DNA of 64,000 nucleotides, from contig DIEX01000031.1 in the NCBI GenBank assembly GCA_002418835.1, positions 137,617-201,616 of the forward strand, given 5' to 3'. Of this stretch, positions 27,512 to 36,632 are shown in pieces (position 1 is the stretch's first letter; every line of letters starts with the position of its first letter). The notes under the pieces were generated by a model. The model ran no database searches, was not told the DNA's origin, and saw nothing but the letters and a program-made list of their open reading frames with translations. The DNA comes from Spirochaetia bacterium UBA5763 (lineage in GTDB: Bacteria; Spirochaetota; UBA4802; UBA5550). The position numbers and the translations under genes were made by a program.

Positions 27512-28660
27512 ATGAAAATTCCATTTCACAAAGCCCTGATCGGAGAAGAGGAGGCCGGCGCTGCAGGAGATGTAATACGCAGCGGCTGGCTCACAATGGG
27601 TGAGAAGACTTTTGAATTTGAAAAGAACTTTTCGGCATATACAGGAGCACCGGATTCCATAGCTGTGAATTCCTGTACAGCAGCCCTGCATCTTGCACTG
27701 AAAGCAGCAGGTATAGGCCCGGGTGATGAGGTGATTATCCCTGCAATGACATTTATAGCCACCTGGGAGATTATCAGGTATTTTGATGCTGTGCCGGTTT
27801 TGTGTGACGTTGATAGAGACAGCTTTCTTTTAAGTATTGAGGATGTTGAAAAAAAGATTACTTCCAGAACACGGGCAATTATTCCTGTCCATTATGGCGG
27901 CGAGTCCTGTGATATGGATGCTGTTATGGATATTGCCCGGAAATATAAGCTTGCTGTAATTGAGGATGCGGCCCATGCTCTACCGACTCTTTATAAAAAG
28001 AAAATGATCGGAACAATTGGGGACATCACCTGTTTCAGTTTTTACGCGACAAAGACACTTACAACAGGTGAGGGGGGGATGATTACAACCGGCAACAGTG
28101 AATATGCCAACAGGATCAGGAGGCTCAGACTTCATGGCATTACAAAGGACGCCTGGAACAGGTATTCTGATAAAGGTTCATGGGAGTACGATGTCTCCGA
28201 GCCGGGTTATAAATATAATATAACTGATATCGCATCTGCAATAGGAATAGAACAGCTTAAAAGATGTGATTCAATGAACATCATGAGACGTGAGACAGCA
28301 CGCAGGTATAACAGCGCTTTCAGTAACACCGGGCTTCTTGATCTCTGGAGCGTGAGAGATGAGGATGAGTGCGCATGGCATCTATACCCCGTGAGGCTTA
28401 AAACTGACTCTTTAAAGATCAGCAGAAATGAATTTATAAATGACCTGAAAGCTGCGGAAATAGGTACAAGCGTCCATTATATACCGATGTACAGGTTTTC
28501 TGCATTTAAGGATTCAGGAAATAAAATCAGCGATTTTCCGAATTGTGAGGATATGTATTCAAGAGAGGTTTCTCTCCCTATATGGCCCGGGATGAGTGAA
28601 GCAGAGACGGATTATGTGATTGATACTGTAATTAAAATACTTGAAAGAAATAAAAGATGA
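27512..28660 (+). CDS. DegT/DnrJ/EryC1/StrS-family PLP-dependent sugar aminotransferase
   Basis: 382 aa; AHALP, FSFYATKTLTTGEGGMITT (PLP-lysine region) motifs characteristic of PglE/PseC/ArnB-type aminotransferases. Confidence 0.85.
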   Translation: MKIPFHKALIGEEEAGAAGDVIRSGWLTMGEKTFEFEKNFSAYTGAPDSIAVNSCTAALHLALKAAGIGPGDEVIIPAMTFIATWEIIRYFDAVPVLCDVDRDSFLLSIEDVEKKITSRTRAIIPVHYGGESCDMDAVMDIARKYKLAVIEDAAHALPTLYKKKMIGTIGDITCFSFYATKTLTTGEGGMITTGNSEYANRIRRLRLHGITKDAWNRYSDKGSWEYDVSEPGYKYNITDIASAIGIEQLKRCDSMNIMRRETARRYNSAFSNTGLLDLWSVRDEDECAWHLYPVRLKTDSLKISRNEFINDLKAAEIGTSVHYIPMYRFSAFKDSGNKISDFPNCEDMYSREVSLPIWPGMSEAETDYVIDTVIKILERNKR

Positions 28661-30096
28661 AAAAGTTAAACAGAATATTAATAGTCGGAGCCGGCGAAGC
28701 AGGTGCAGCCCTTGTAAATGATCTGCGCCAGCGGGGGCTTGGTAACGGCTTAGCCGCCTTTGCAGATGATGACCAGTCAAAAATCGGAACAACCGTTGCC
28801 GGTATTGAAGTAAAGGGAAGCACGGCTGATCTGCCGGGTATCTGTTCTAACTACAGTATAACAGATGTTATAATAGCCATACCCTCTGCTAAAGCCTCTC
28901 TCATTAATAAAATCACATCAAAGGTGCTGTCGTATAACAGAGTGATTAATATACTCTTTGTTCCGTCAGCTGAGAGGTTTTTTGATACTGTGCCGATCTT
29001 TCCGTCTCTGCGGGAGTTTTCCTATTCCGACCTCCTGGGGCGTGAGGAGTTTTCAATTGACCTCGATGTAATGGAGAAGTTTTTCGAGGGGAAGTCTGTT
29101 CTGATTACCGGCGGCGGTGGGAGTATAGGCTCAGAGATATGCAGGCAGCTTCTGAAATTTAATGTGTCAAAGATTGTAGCCCTGGGACGCGGTGAGAACT
29201 CTATTTATAATCTTATGAAAGGTATGGATGAATACAGAAGGCTAATGCAGGGACGTATGCCCGGAACAGTTTACCGTATTGCCGACACCCGTGACAGGAG
29301 AATGCTTGACCGCATTTTCATGGAAGAGAAGCCTGATATAGTGTTCCACGCTGCTGCACATAAACATGTTCCGCTTATGGAGTGGAATGAACATGAGGCT
29401 CTTCAGAATAATATTCTGGGCACTGAGAATGTCCTCTCCCTCTCAGCGGAATACAATGTGCAGAAATTCATCCTTGTCTCCTCTGACAAGGCTGTGAGGC
29501 CTACTAATGTCATGGGAGCAACAAAAAGACTCTGCGAAATTATTACTTCATATTATCATGACAGGAAGAACCTTAATACTGCTGCTGTGCGTTTCGGCAA
29601 TGTTCTGGGGAGCAGGGGTTCGGTTATACCGCTCTTCATGGAACAGATAGAGAAGGGGGGGCCTGTTACAGTGACTCATCCTGATGTCACAAGATACTTC
29701 ATGAGTATACCTGAAGCATCACTGCTTGTGATAAACTCTGCGGCACTATCTGGCGGTGGTGAGATATTCGTGCTGGATATGGGCGAGCAGTATAAGATAG
29801 ACGATATCGCCCGCAGGATGATTGAACTTTACGGCTTTACACCGGAAAGGGATATAAAGATTGAATACACAGGCCTCCGTCCTGGAGAAAAGATGTACGA
29901 GGAGCTTTTTTATAACAGGGGGGCAATGAATAAGACAGGCAACAGCAGCATTTATACTCTGCATAATGATAACATAAGTCTGTCAGATTCTGATTATGAT
30001 GAGATTATAGCAGCGGTGAGTGAAAGAGTATATAGTATGACCAGTGAAGATGTCCGCCAATTTATAAAAAAGTTTGTCCCTGAATATAGTTTCTAA
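28657..30096 (+). CDS. polysaccharide biosynthesis protein CapD/PglF/WbpM-like NDP-sugar 4,6-dehydratase
   Basis: 479 aa; N-terminal Rossmann-like region then SDR domain LITGGGGSIGSEICRQL; start overlaps stop of aminotransferase (ATGA). Confidence 0.8.
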   Translation: MKKLNRILIVGAGEAGAALVNDLRQRGLGNGLAAFADDDQSKIGTTVAGIEVKGSTADLPGICSNYSITDVIIAIPSAKASLINKITSKVLSYNRVINILFVPSAERFFDTVPIFPSLREFSYSDLLGREEFSIDLDVMEKFFEGKSVLITGGGGSIGSEICRQLLKFNVSKIVALGRGENSIYNLMKGMDEYRRLMQGRMPGTVYRIADTRDRRMLDRIFMEEKPDIVFHAAAHKHVPLMEWNEHEALQNNILGTENVLSLSAEYNVQKFILVSSDKAVRPTNVMGATKRLCEIITSYYHDRKNLNTAAVRFGNVLGSRGSVIPLFMEQIEKGGPVTVTHPDVTRYFMSIPEASLLVINSAALSGGGEIFVLDMGEQYKIDDIARRMIELYGFTPERDIKIEYTGLRPGEKMYEELFYNRGAMNKTGNSSIYTLHNDNISLSDSDYDEIIAAVSERVYSMTSEDVRQFIKKFVPEYSF

Positions 30097-30098
30097 AG

Positions 30099-31649
30099 TT
30101 AAACTGATTTACTTTCTTCAATGTCAGGGATTCGCGAGAACATTTTAGCAAGCTTCCCGGTTTTTTTCATCATCTTCTCTGTCAGCGCGCCATTTGTCAG
30201 CTTCCACTTCCAGTTGCATTCTATGGTGCCCGGGGTATTCATTCTGAATTCCGTACCGTAGCCCAGAATATCCTGCACCGGCACAACAGCAAGGTCAGCC
30301 TGAGTCGCGTAGGCTTCCCTTATAATGCGCCAGTGAAAATCGCTCCAATCCTTCATGCCGAGATAATCCATTACATAATCCCTGTATTCCTGCGGAAATT
30401 CAGGATCATAAAACCATCCGTTCACTGTGTCATTATCGTGTGTCCCGGTGTAGACAACACAGTTCTTCTCATATATGTTATGCGGGAGATATTCATTTTT
30501 GTTATTAAAGTCGAATGCGAACTGCAGTATCTTCATTCCCGGAAGATGAAGCATCTCCCTGAGCTGCTTAACTTCCGGGGTAATTACGCCCAGATCTTCA
30601 GCTATAAGAGGGAGAGCTCCGGTTTCACTGCTCAGTCTGTCAAAGAACGGTTTGCCGGGGCCATGTTCCCATTCACCATTTATTGCAGTCTCTTCACCAT
30701 ACTCAACACTCCAGTATGACTCAAAACCCCTGAAGTGGTCTATCCTTATAATATCAGTCAGAGAGATTGAATGGAGTATTCTTTTCTTCCACCACTGATA
30801 AGTATCTTCGTTCAGTTCCCCGCTGCTGTTGTACCATTTATACAGAGGGTTCCCCCATAGCTGGCCTGTCTCACTGAAATAGTCAGGCGGGACACCGGAA
30901 ACTTTATTCGGCTTAAGATTTATTATGTCAAAGTCGAGGATGCTGCTGTTTATCCATGCATCGGAACTCTCCATTGATATGTAGATCGGGATATCACCGA
31001 TTATCTTTATTCCTTTGCTGTTGGCGTAATCTTTAAGTCTTTTCCACTGCCGGAAAAAGATAAACTGTGCGTATTTAACCAGCAGCACCCTTTCTGCGAG
31101 TTTTGTGTTCAGAGTAGTTATTGTTTCCGGATCGCGTACAGCAATATCCTTTTTCCATGACATCCAGTTGAATGAGTTGAATTCGTGTACAAGTGATATA
31201 TAGAGCGCGTAATCGTCGAGCCAGAGGCTGTTGTGCTGAAGGCAGAACCTGTGGAATTCCATGTTCTCCTCTTCAGTGGCATGGAGAAGAAATTCATCGA
31301 AAGAAAGGATCACAACCTTCCGCAGAAACCTCCGTGCCCTGTCGAAATTGCAGAAATGATCTTCGGGGAATTCATCGCAGCTTATTTTATTTTTGAACCA
31401 GTTCTCTCTGAAAAGCAGGTCTATGCTTATGAAGAGTTCGTTCCCTGCGAAAGAGGATATTGATGAATATGGCGACCAGCACATTGATGGAGACACAGGC
31501 CCCACAGGGAGAATCTGCCAGTAGCGGAATCCCCCTTTATGAATGAGATCTACAAATTCATAAGCCTCATCCCCCAGTGTACCTGTTCCGTATTTTCCCG
31601 GAAGGCTCGTTATATGTAGAAGTATTCCAGCTGATCGTCCTAATTCCAT
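30099..31649 (-). CDS. malQ: 4-alpha-glucanotransferase (amylomaltase, GH77)
   Basis: 516 aa; N-terminus GILLHITSLPGKYGTGTLGDEAYEFVD typical of MalQ; conserved DxxRxD and catalytic region. Confidence 0.85.
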   Translation of the reverse strand: MELGRSAGILLHITSLPGKYGTGTLGDEAYEFVDLIHKGGFRYWQILPVGPVSPSMCWSPYSSISSFAGNELFISIDLLFRENWFKNKISCDEFPEDHFCNFDRARRFLRKVVILSFDEFLLHATEEENMEFHRFCLQHNSLWLDDYALYISLVHEFNSFNWMSWKKDIAVRDPETITTLNTKLAERVLLVKYAQFIFFRQWKRLKDYANSKGIKIIGDIPIYISMESSDAWINSSILDFDIINLKPNKVSGVPPDYFSETGQLWGNPLYKWYNSSGELNEDTYQWWKKRILHSISLTDIIRIDHFRGFESYWSVEYGEETAINGEWEHGPGKPFFDRLSSETGALPLIAEDLGVITPEVKQLREMLHLPGMKILQFAFDFNNKNEYLPHNIYEKNCVVYTGTHDNDTVNGWFYDPEFPQEYRDYVMDYLGMKDWSDFHWRIIREAYATQADLAVVPVQDILGYGTEFRMNTPGTIECNWKWKLTNGALTEKMMKKTGKLAKMFSRIPDIEESKSV

Positions 31650-34369
31650 TATTTACCCTGGCTCTTCATTTGCGAAAGTACACGCCTCAGGTTTTCAAGC
31701 TCTTCGCCATAAGCTTTCCAGTTACCCGCTTTCATGCTCTCTTCAGCTTTAAGATAATGCATATAAGCCCTGTCGGCGAGTTCTTTCAGTGTAATTCCGC
31801 CTTCCCTTATTTCACTTGCCGTAAATCCGCCGCCGTAGAAGAGTTTTTCAAGTGAAGCGGTGAGAGTATCTTCCATAATAACCTTATCAGCAAATGAAAC
31901 AATTACTTTACGTAGTTCAGGCATCTCACTCTTTTCAGCTTTAAGATATAAAGGTTCAATGAAGATAATTGATTCCTCTATAGGTATGGCAAGCATATTC
32001 CCTCTTATGACATTTGTACCCTTCTGGCTCCAGAGAGCGAGCTGCTTTGAAATTTCAGGGTCCTGGTTAATTCTTGCCTCGATCTGCATCGGCCCGTAGT
32101 TTAGTTTCTCCTTGGGGAGGAGATAGAGCTGAAGCTCTCCATAATCAGGTACATCACATTTGGCTGTAAGGAATGCCAGCATGTTATTTTTCTGGTAAGG
32201 GGTGAATGGAAGGATAAGTATAAACTCGCTCCTCTTTTCACCGGGAAGCGTTGTCACAAGGTAGTAGCTGTGAACATCCGTTTCGCTGCTTTCATATATC
32301 TGAGTAGGGATTGCCCATGCGTCCTCATTGTTGTAGAATACATTGGGATTTGTCATGTGGTACTTCAGCAGAATATGGCTCTGTATATTAAATATTGTTT
32401 CAGGATACCTGATGTGGCTTTTCAGGCCTTCAGGTATATCTTTTAAATCCTTGAAAATCCCGGGGAAGATTCCAGCGTATGCTTTTATAATAGGGTCTTT
32501 CTGATCTGTTATATAGCAGCTTATCTTTCCATTATATGCGTCAATAATGATCTTTACCGAGTTACGGATATAATTCAGTCTCTTGTTCCCTACATTGATT
32601 GGTGTTGAGTAGGGGAACATATCTGTCTGGGTATATGCATCTATTATCCAGTATAGTTTTCCATCAGAGATTACAAGATAGGGGTCATCGTCCAGTTCAA
32701 GGAAAGGCGCAAAGTTTTTCGCCATCTCAACAATATTCCTTCTTATAAGAAGTTTACTCTCTTTTCCGATGTTTCCTGATATCAGCAGGTTTATATCTCC
32801 GAATGAAACAGAGGCCATAAGCCTTTTAAAGAATGAATCGAGTTTAATGCCTCCTGTACCCTGGTATGTGGTGTACATGTTTTCATCACCCGACGGATAA
32901 TCGAATTCACCGGGTTTAATTGATGTATTTGTTATTACATAAGGAGCATCATGTTCACCGTAGTATATCTCCGGCCTGTCAATTTTTATGTTAACAATTG
33001 CTTTAGGGGGGATGTCCTGAATTAGAAATTCAGGCAGGCCCTCTGACGTTACCCTGTCAACACGACTCATTACCGTGCCGTAACCATGTGTGTAAATAAG
33101 GTGTTTATTCTGCCATGTCTGAGTGTTGCCGGGAAGCCCCTCTGTCGATAATTCACGAGCGGAGAGGTTTACTGCTGTTTTTTTCCCGTCAATTGTATAG
33201 CGATCAACATCAACATCATTGAAGTAGTAGTACCGCTTAAGTTCCTGCAGTTGTTTGTATGTCTGCTGTAGAGGGCGCCAGTCCCATAGGCGGACGCTAT
33301 CAAGGGTTTCTCTGTTCTTTTTAAGATCATTATATGAAAGGTCTCTTTTATTCTCGAAGGGGATCTCTTTTACTTTGTCGAGGCCGTAGGCAAGTCGTGT
33401 AAAATTTATATTGTTCTGAATATAAGGCATCTCCTTGTCGAGCTCGTTTGGCACAACAACAAATTTCTGCTGAAAAGCAGGGTACACTGTTCCCAGGAGA
33501 AAGTATACCGGAATAAGGGTGAGCATGACAATTACCGGCAGTTTGAAACTCCTCTTAAATACATTAAAAAAGAGAAGAGCTGCTGCAATAAACGAAATAA
33601 ACTCAGCGGCCCTGAAAGCAAAAAGCTTAGCGTTAACTGCGGAGTAGCCCGCTCCGTAAAATTTACCGATCTGTGAAAAGAGAAGCTCATAAGCTGAAAG
33701 CTGATAGCTGAGCCCGTAAAATATAACCATGAGGCCCAGAAGTATTGAAAGGTGGGCGCGGCAGAAAAGTGACAGTTCAATGCCGGTGTTTTTCAGGGAT
33801 ATTCCGCCGTTAAAAAGGTGAAGAACTGCTGTAAATATGGTAATTATTACAAGTGATGTCATTGTCCAGCCGTAGAGAAAATTATAGAACGGGAGAGAGA
33901 ATACATAGAAGCCGATATTTTTTCCGAAGACAGGGTCTGCGGGGTATCCTTCAAATGGAGCGCCGTGCTGGAACATCAGGTATTCCTTCCAGAAAGCCGA
34001 TGCGCCCCCACCCATCATGAATCCGATAAGCACGATGCCTATTGTCATCAGGATCAGCAGAAATTTTCTTGATGATCCGATTGCCGGAATCTGTATCCTG
34101 TCCAGAAAATTTTCTGAAAAGAATCTCCCTCTCCCCCCCATAAGCCTGATGAGCACAAAATTAAGCAGGAAGAGAAATATGAAAATCCCGCCGAATATAG
34201 CCTGCACATTGAACTTTGTCATAAACATGACCCAGAATACCTGTACCCCGTCATTAATTCTGAACCATTCGTAGTCAATATAGAATCCCGAAATATACTT
34301 TGCGAGGAAGTAGATTATAAAAAATATAACAAGTCCGAAAGTAATCCTTTTGTCCATAACCGGCTCCAT
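31649..34369 (-). CDS. large polytopic membrane protein, UPF0182-like
   Basis: 906 aa; about 7 N-terminal TM helices followed by long extracytoplasmic region; overall organisation resembles UPF0182 family; stop overlaps malQ start by 1 nt. Confidence 0.5.
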   Translation of the reverse strand: MEPVMDKRITFGLVIFFIIYFLAKYISGFYIDYEWFRINDGVQVFWVMFMTKFNVQAIFGGIFIFLFLLNFVLIRLMGGRGRFFSENFLDRIQIPAIGSSRKFLLILMTIGIVLIGFMMGGGASAFWKEYLMFQHGAPFEGYPADPVFGKNIGFYVFSLPFYNFLYGWTMTSLVIITIFTAVLHLFNGGISLKNTGIELSLFCRAHLSILLGLMVIFYGLSYQLSAYELLFSQIGKFYGAGYSAVNAKLFAFRAAEFISFIAAALLFFNVFKRSFKLPVIVMLTLIPVYFLLGTVYPAFQQKFVVVPNELDKEMPYIQNNINFTRLAYGLDKVKEIPFENKRDLSYNDLKKNRETLDSVRLWDWRPLQQTYKQLQELKRYYYFNDVDVDRYTIDGKKTAVNLSARELSTEGLPGNTQTWQNKHLIYTHGYGTVMSRVDRVTSEGLPEFLIQDIPPKAIVNIKIDRPEIYYGEHDAPYVITNTSIKPGEFDYPSGDENMYTTYQGTGGIKLDSFFKRLMASVSFGDINLLISGNIGKESKLLIRRNIVEMAKNFAPFLELDDDPYLVISDGKLYWIIDAYTQTDMFPYSTPINVGNKRLNYIRNSVKIIIDAYNGKISCYITDQKDPIIKAYAGIFPGIFKDLKDIPEGLKSHIRYPETIFNIQSHILLKYHMTNPNVFYNNEDAWAIPTQIYESSETDVHSYYLVTTLPGEKRSEFILILPFTPYQKNNMLAFLTAKCDVPDYGELQLYLLPKEKLNYGPMQIEARINQDPEISKQLALWSQKGTNVIRGNMLAIPIEESIIFIEPLYLKAEKSEMPELRKVIVSFADKVIMEDTLTASLEKLFYGGGFTASEIREGGITLKELADRAYMHYLKAEESMKAGNWKAYGEELENLRRVLSQMKSQGK

Positions 34370-34521
34370 TATAAAGAGTGTTTATTAAAGATAATAAAAA
34401 CCACGATTAAGTAAAGTATTAAAAAAATTATATTCAGGGCATTAGTCAACCAGAAAAGAGTTGAGAATATGAATAACATTAAACGGTATGGTAAATATAC
34501 TTATACTGACAGGAGGCCTCC

Positions 34522-35466
34522 TTGGATATACATTACGGTTTCTGGATTCTCTTTGCCGTTATGGTCGGAGCGATGCTGTATATCGATCTTTATATTACTG
34601 ATCACCAGGTAGGTGAAAAGTCTTTTAAAAGCAGCGTAATATGGAGTGTTATCTGGATATGTGTTGCTCTTACGTTTAACGCGTCATTGTACTTTTTTTA
34701 TGACAACGGGCATGAGAAGGCTATGGAGTTCCTCGCAGGTTACCTTATTGAAAAATCACTCTCCGTTGATAATCTTTTTGTTTTTATAATGATATTTCAT
34801 GCCCTTAATATAAAGAGTGCAAATCAGCCGCATATTCTTAAATGGGGTATCCTTTCGGCAATAGTATTCAGGATTTTCTTTATTATGGCAGGAGTGAGCC
34901 TTCTGACTTATTTTCACGCAACGATTTATCTGTTCGGCGCAATACTTTTATGGGCATCATTCAAAATGATCCGTGATGCTGTTTCAGAGGAGGAACAGGA
35001 GATCGATGTTGCAGAGAACAGGCTCGTTAAATTTATAAACAGGCATTTCAGGGTGTTGACAGATTATAACGGCAAAAGGTTTTTTACAAGGGCTGACGGA
35101 AAAATTGCTCTTACACCGCTTTTTATAGCTCTTTTAATGATCGAAACTGCTGATATAGTTTTTGCAGTGGATTCTATTCCGGCGGTTCTTGCAATAACAC
35201 ATGATCCTTTCATAGTAATTACATCAAATATAATGGCGATTCTGGGCCTCAGGGCTCTTTATTTTGTTCTTGCAGGTATGCTTAATCTTTTCAGGTATCT
35301 TAAACATGGAGTTGCGCTTATACTTCTTTTTGTTGCAGTTAAAATGCTCATCTCCGAAATTTACAAGATACCTGTATCAGTGTCGCTTGCTGTAATATTC
35401 TCTATTCTTTTTCTTTCAGTAGTGCTGTCTCTTATTTTCATGAAAAAAGATGAAGTTGTAAATTAA
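34522..35466 (+). CDS. TerC-family integral membrane protein
   Basis: 314 aa; LAGYLIEKSLSVDNLFVF and second DS..A motif halves typical of TerC/Alx. Confidence 0.8.
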   Translation: MDIHYGFWILFAVMVGAMLYIDLYITDHQVGEKSFKSSVIWSVIWICVALTFNASLYFFYDNGHEKAMEFLAGYLIEKSLSVDNLFVFIMIFHALNIKSANQPHILKWGILSAIVFRIFFIMAGVSLLTYFHATIYLFGAILLWASFKMIRDAVSEEEQEIDVAENRLVKFINRHFRVLTDYNGKRFFTRADGKIALTPLFIALLMIETADIVFAVDSIPAVLAITHDPFIVITSNIMAILGLRALYFVLAGMLNLFRYLKHGVALILLFVAVKMLISEIYKIPVSVSLAVIFSILFLSVVLSLIFMKKDEVVN

Positions 35467-35562
35467 GACCTCATCCCCCTGACTCCCTTCTTCATGGTGG
35501 AGAAGCGGGAAAAGACTCCCCCTCGCCTTAAGGAGAGGGGGGCGGGGGGTGAGGTCAGGGGA

Positions 35563-36516
35563 ATGTCAATGAACCTGACAAAATATAATCACACAGATTT
35601 CAGCATCGATGAACTTCTGAAGCTGAAAGGCCGCAGAAAAATCTTTGTTGTTTTCTCCACTTTCGGAGAGAGGGAGGCTGACCTGGTATGTGAAAAGATT
35701 ACTCTGCTGAATACACTCCCTGCGGGATTTATCGACAGGATTATACTTAATCACAGGCGTTCCGGAACAGAATATGACCGCACTGAAACCGGAGTCTCTA
35801 CCCTCAACTGCGGAGTGGATATCGTTGTAGCAAATGAACTCGCTGTACCCGGCATGGGCAGGGAGAAAGGTAAGGGAAGCGACATGCGGAGGTCTCTCTA
35901 TGTGATAAACCGCGACTTCGCGAAAGATGTAGATCCCCGTGATGCAGTTGTAGTATTTCTCGATGCGGATGTTGTGCCTCAATACTTCGGGACTCATTTT
36001 GTCACGGCACTTGCGGGAGCTGTACTGAAAGGAGCGGATTTTGCAAAGGCCGGTTTCTGGCGTGCAATGGGGCGCGTGAAGAAGTTTGTTGCCCAGCCAT
36101 TATTTTCTGTAATAGAACATCCGGCTCTCAAATCTTTATCTGAGTATTCATATCCCCTTTCAGGTGAATGTGCAGCTACTCTTGAATTTTTCAACAGCAT
36201 GACTTTCTGGCAGATATACGGCGTTGAGACAGGTATGCTTGTTGATACAGCTATGGGTGATTATAAAGTTGCCGATGTTAACCTGGGGCTCTATGACCAC
36301 GAACACCACTCTGACATGAATATACAGAAGATGTGCTTCGGAATAATCAGGACTTACATTAAGTCACTCATAGATCATGGAATCATTGAACTGAAAGACG
36401 GCGCAGCAATCTCAGATACATTCCGCTGCGAATATATAAATGAAAAGGGTGAGCGGAACTCTGTGAATGAAAATCTTACCGAATTAAAATACCCCCCGTT
36501 GATAGATATCCTCTGA
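35563..36516 (+). CDS. GT-A fold glycosyltransferase (glucosyl-3-phosphoglycerate synthase-like)
   Basis: ORF track starts 35494 but ATG 35563 has AGGGGA RBS; VVFLDADV DxD motif, KGKGSDMR region; about 318 aa. Confidence 0.45.
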   Translation: MSMNLTKYNHTDFSIDELLKLKGRRKIFVVFSTFGEREADLVCEKITLLNTLPAGFIDRIILNHRRSGTEYDRTETGVSTLNCGVDIVVANELAVPGMGREKGKGSDMRRSLYVINRDFAKDVDPRDAVVVFLDADVVPQYFGTHFVTALAGAVLKGADFAKAGFWRAMGRVKKFVAQPLFSVIEHPALKSLSEYSYPLSGECAATLEFFNSMTFWQIYGVETGMLVDTAMGDYKVADVNLGLYDHEHHSDMNIQKMCFGIIRTYIKSLIDHGIIELKDGAAISDTFRCEYINEKGERNSVNENLTELKYPPLIDIL

Positions 36517-36632
36517 AGTAAAAAATAATCTAAACCAAAGCTAATGTTTGTGATGTAAAATTCCTGTTTATACCAGTAAAAGAGATATTATCTCTGGTGT
36601 TGTCTAAATCATTACTTGAATAATCCCGGCTT

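Noticed and set aside
35474-35553. Inverted repeat CCCCTGAC...GTCAGGGG as a terminator after TerC
   Set aside because: The loop is about 60 nt and no U-tract follows, so it is not a canonical intrinsic terminator. It is kept only as part of the G-rich leader observation.
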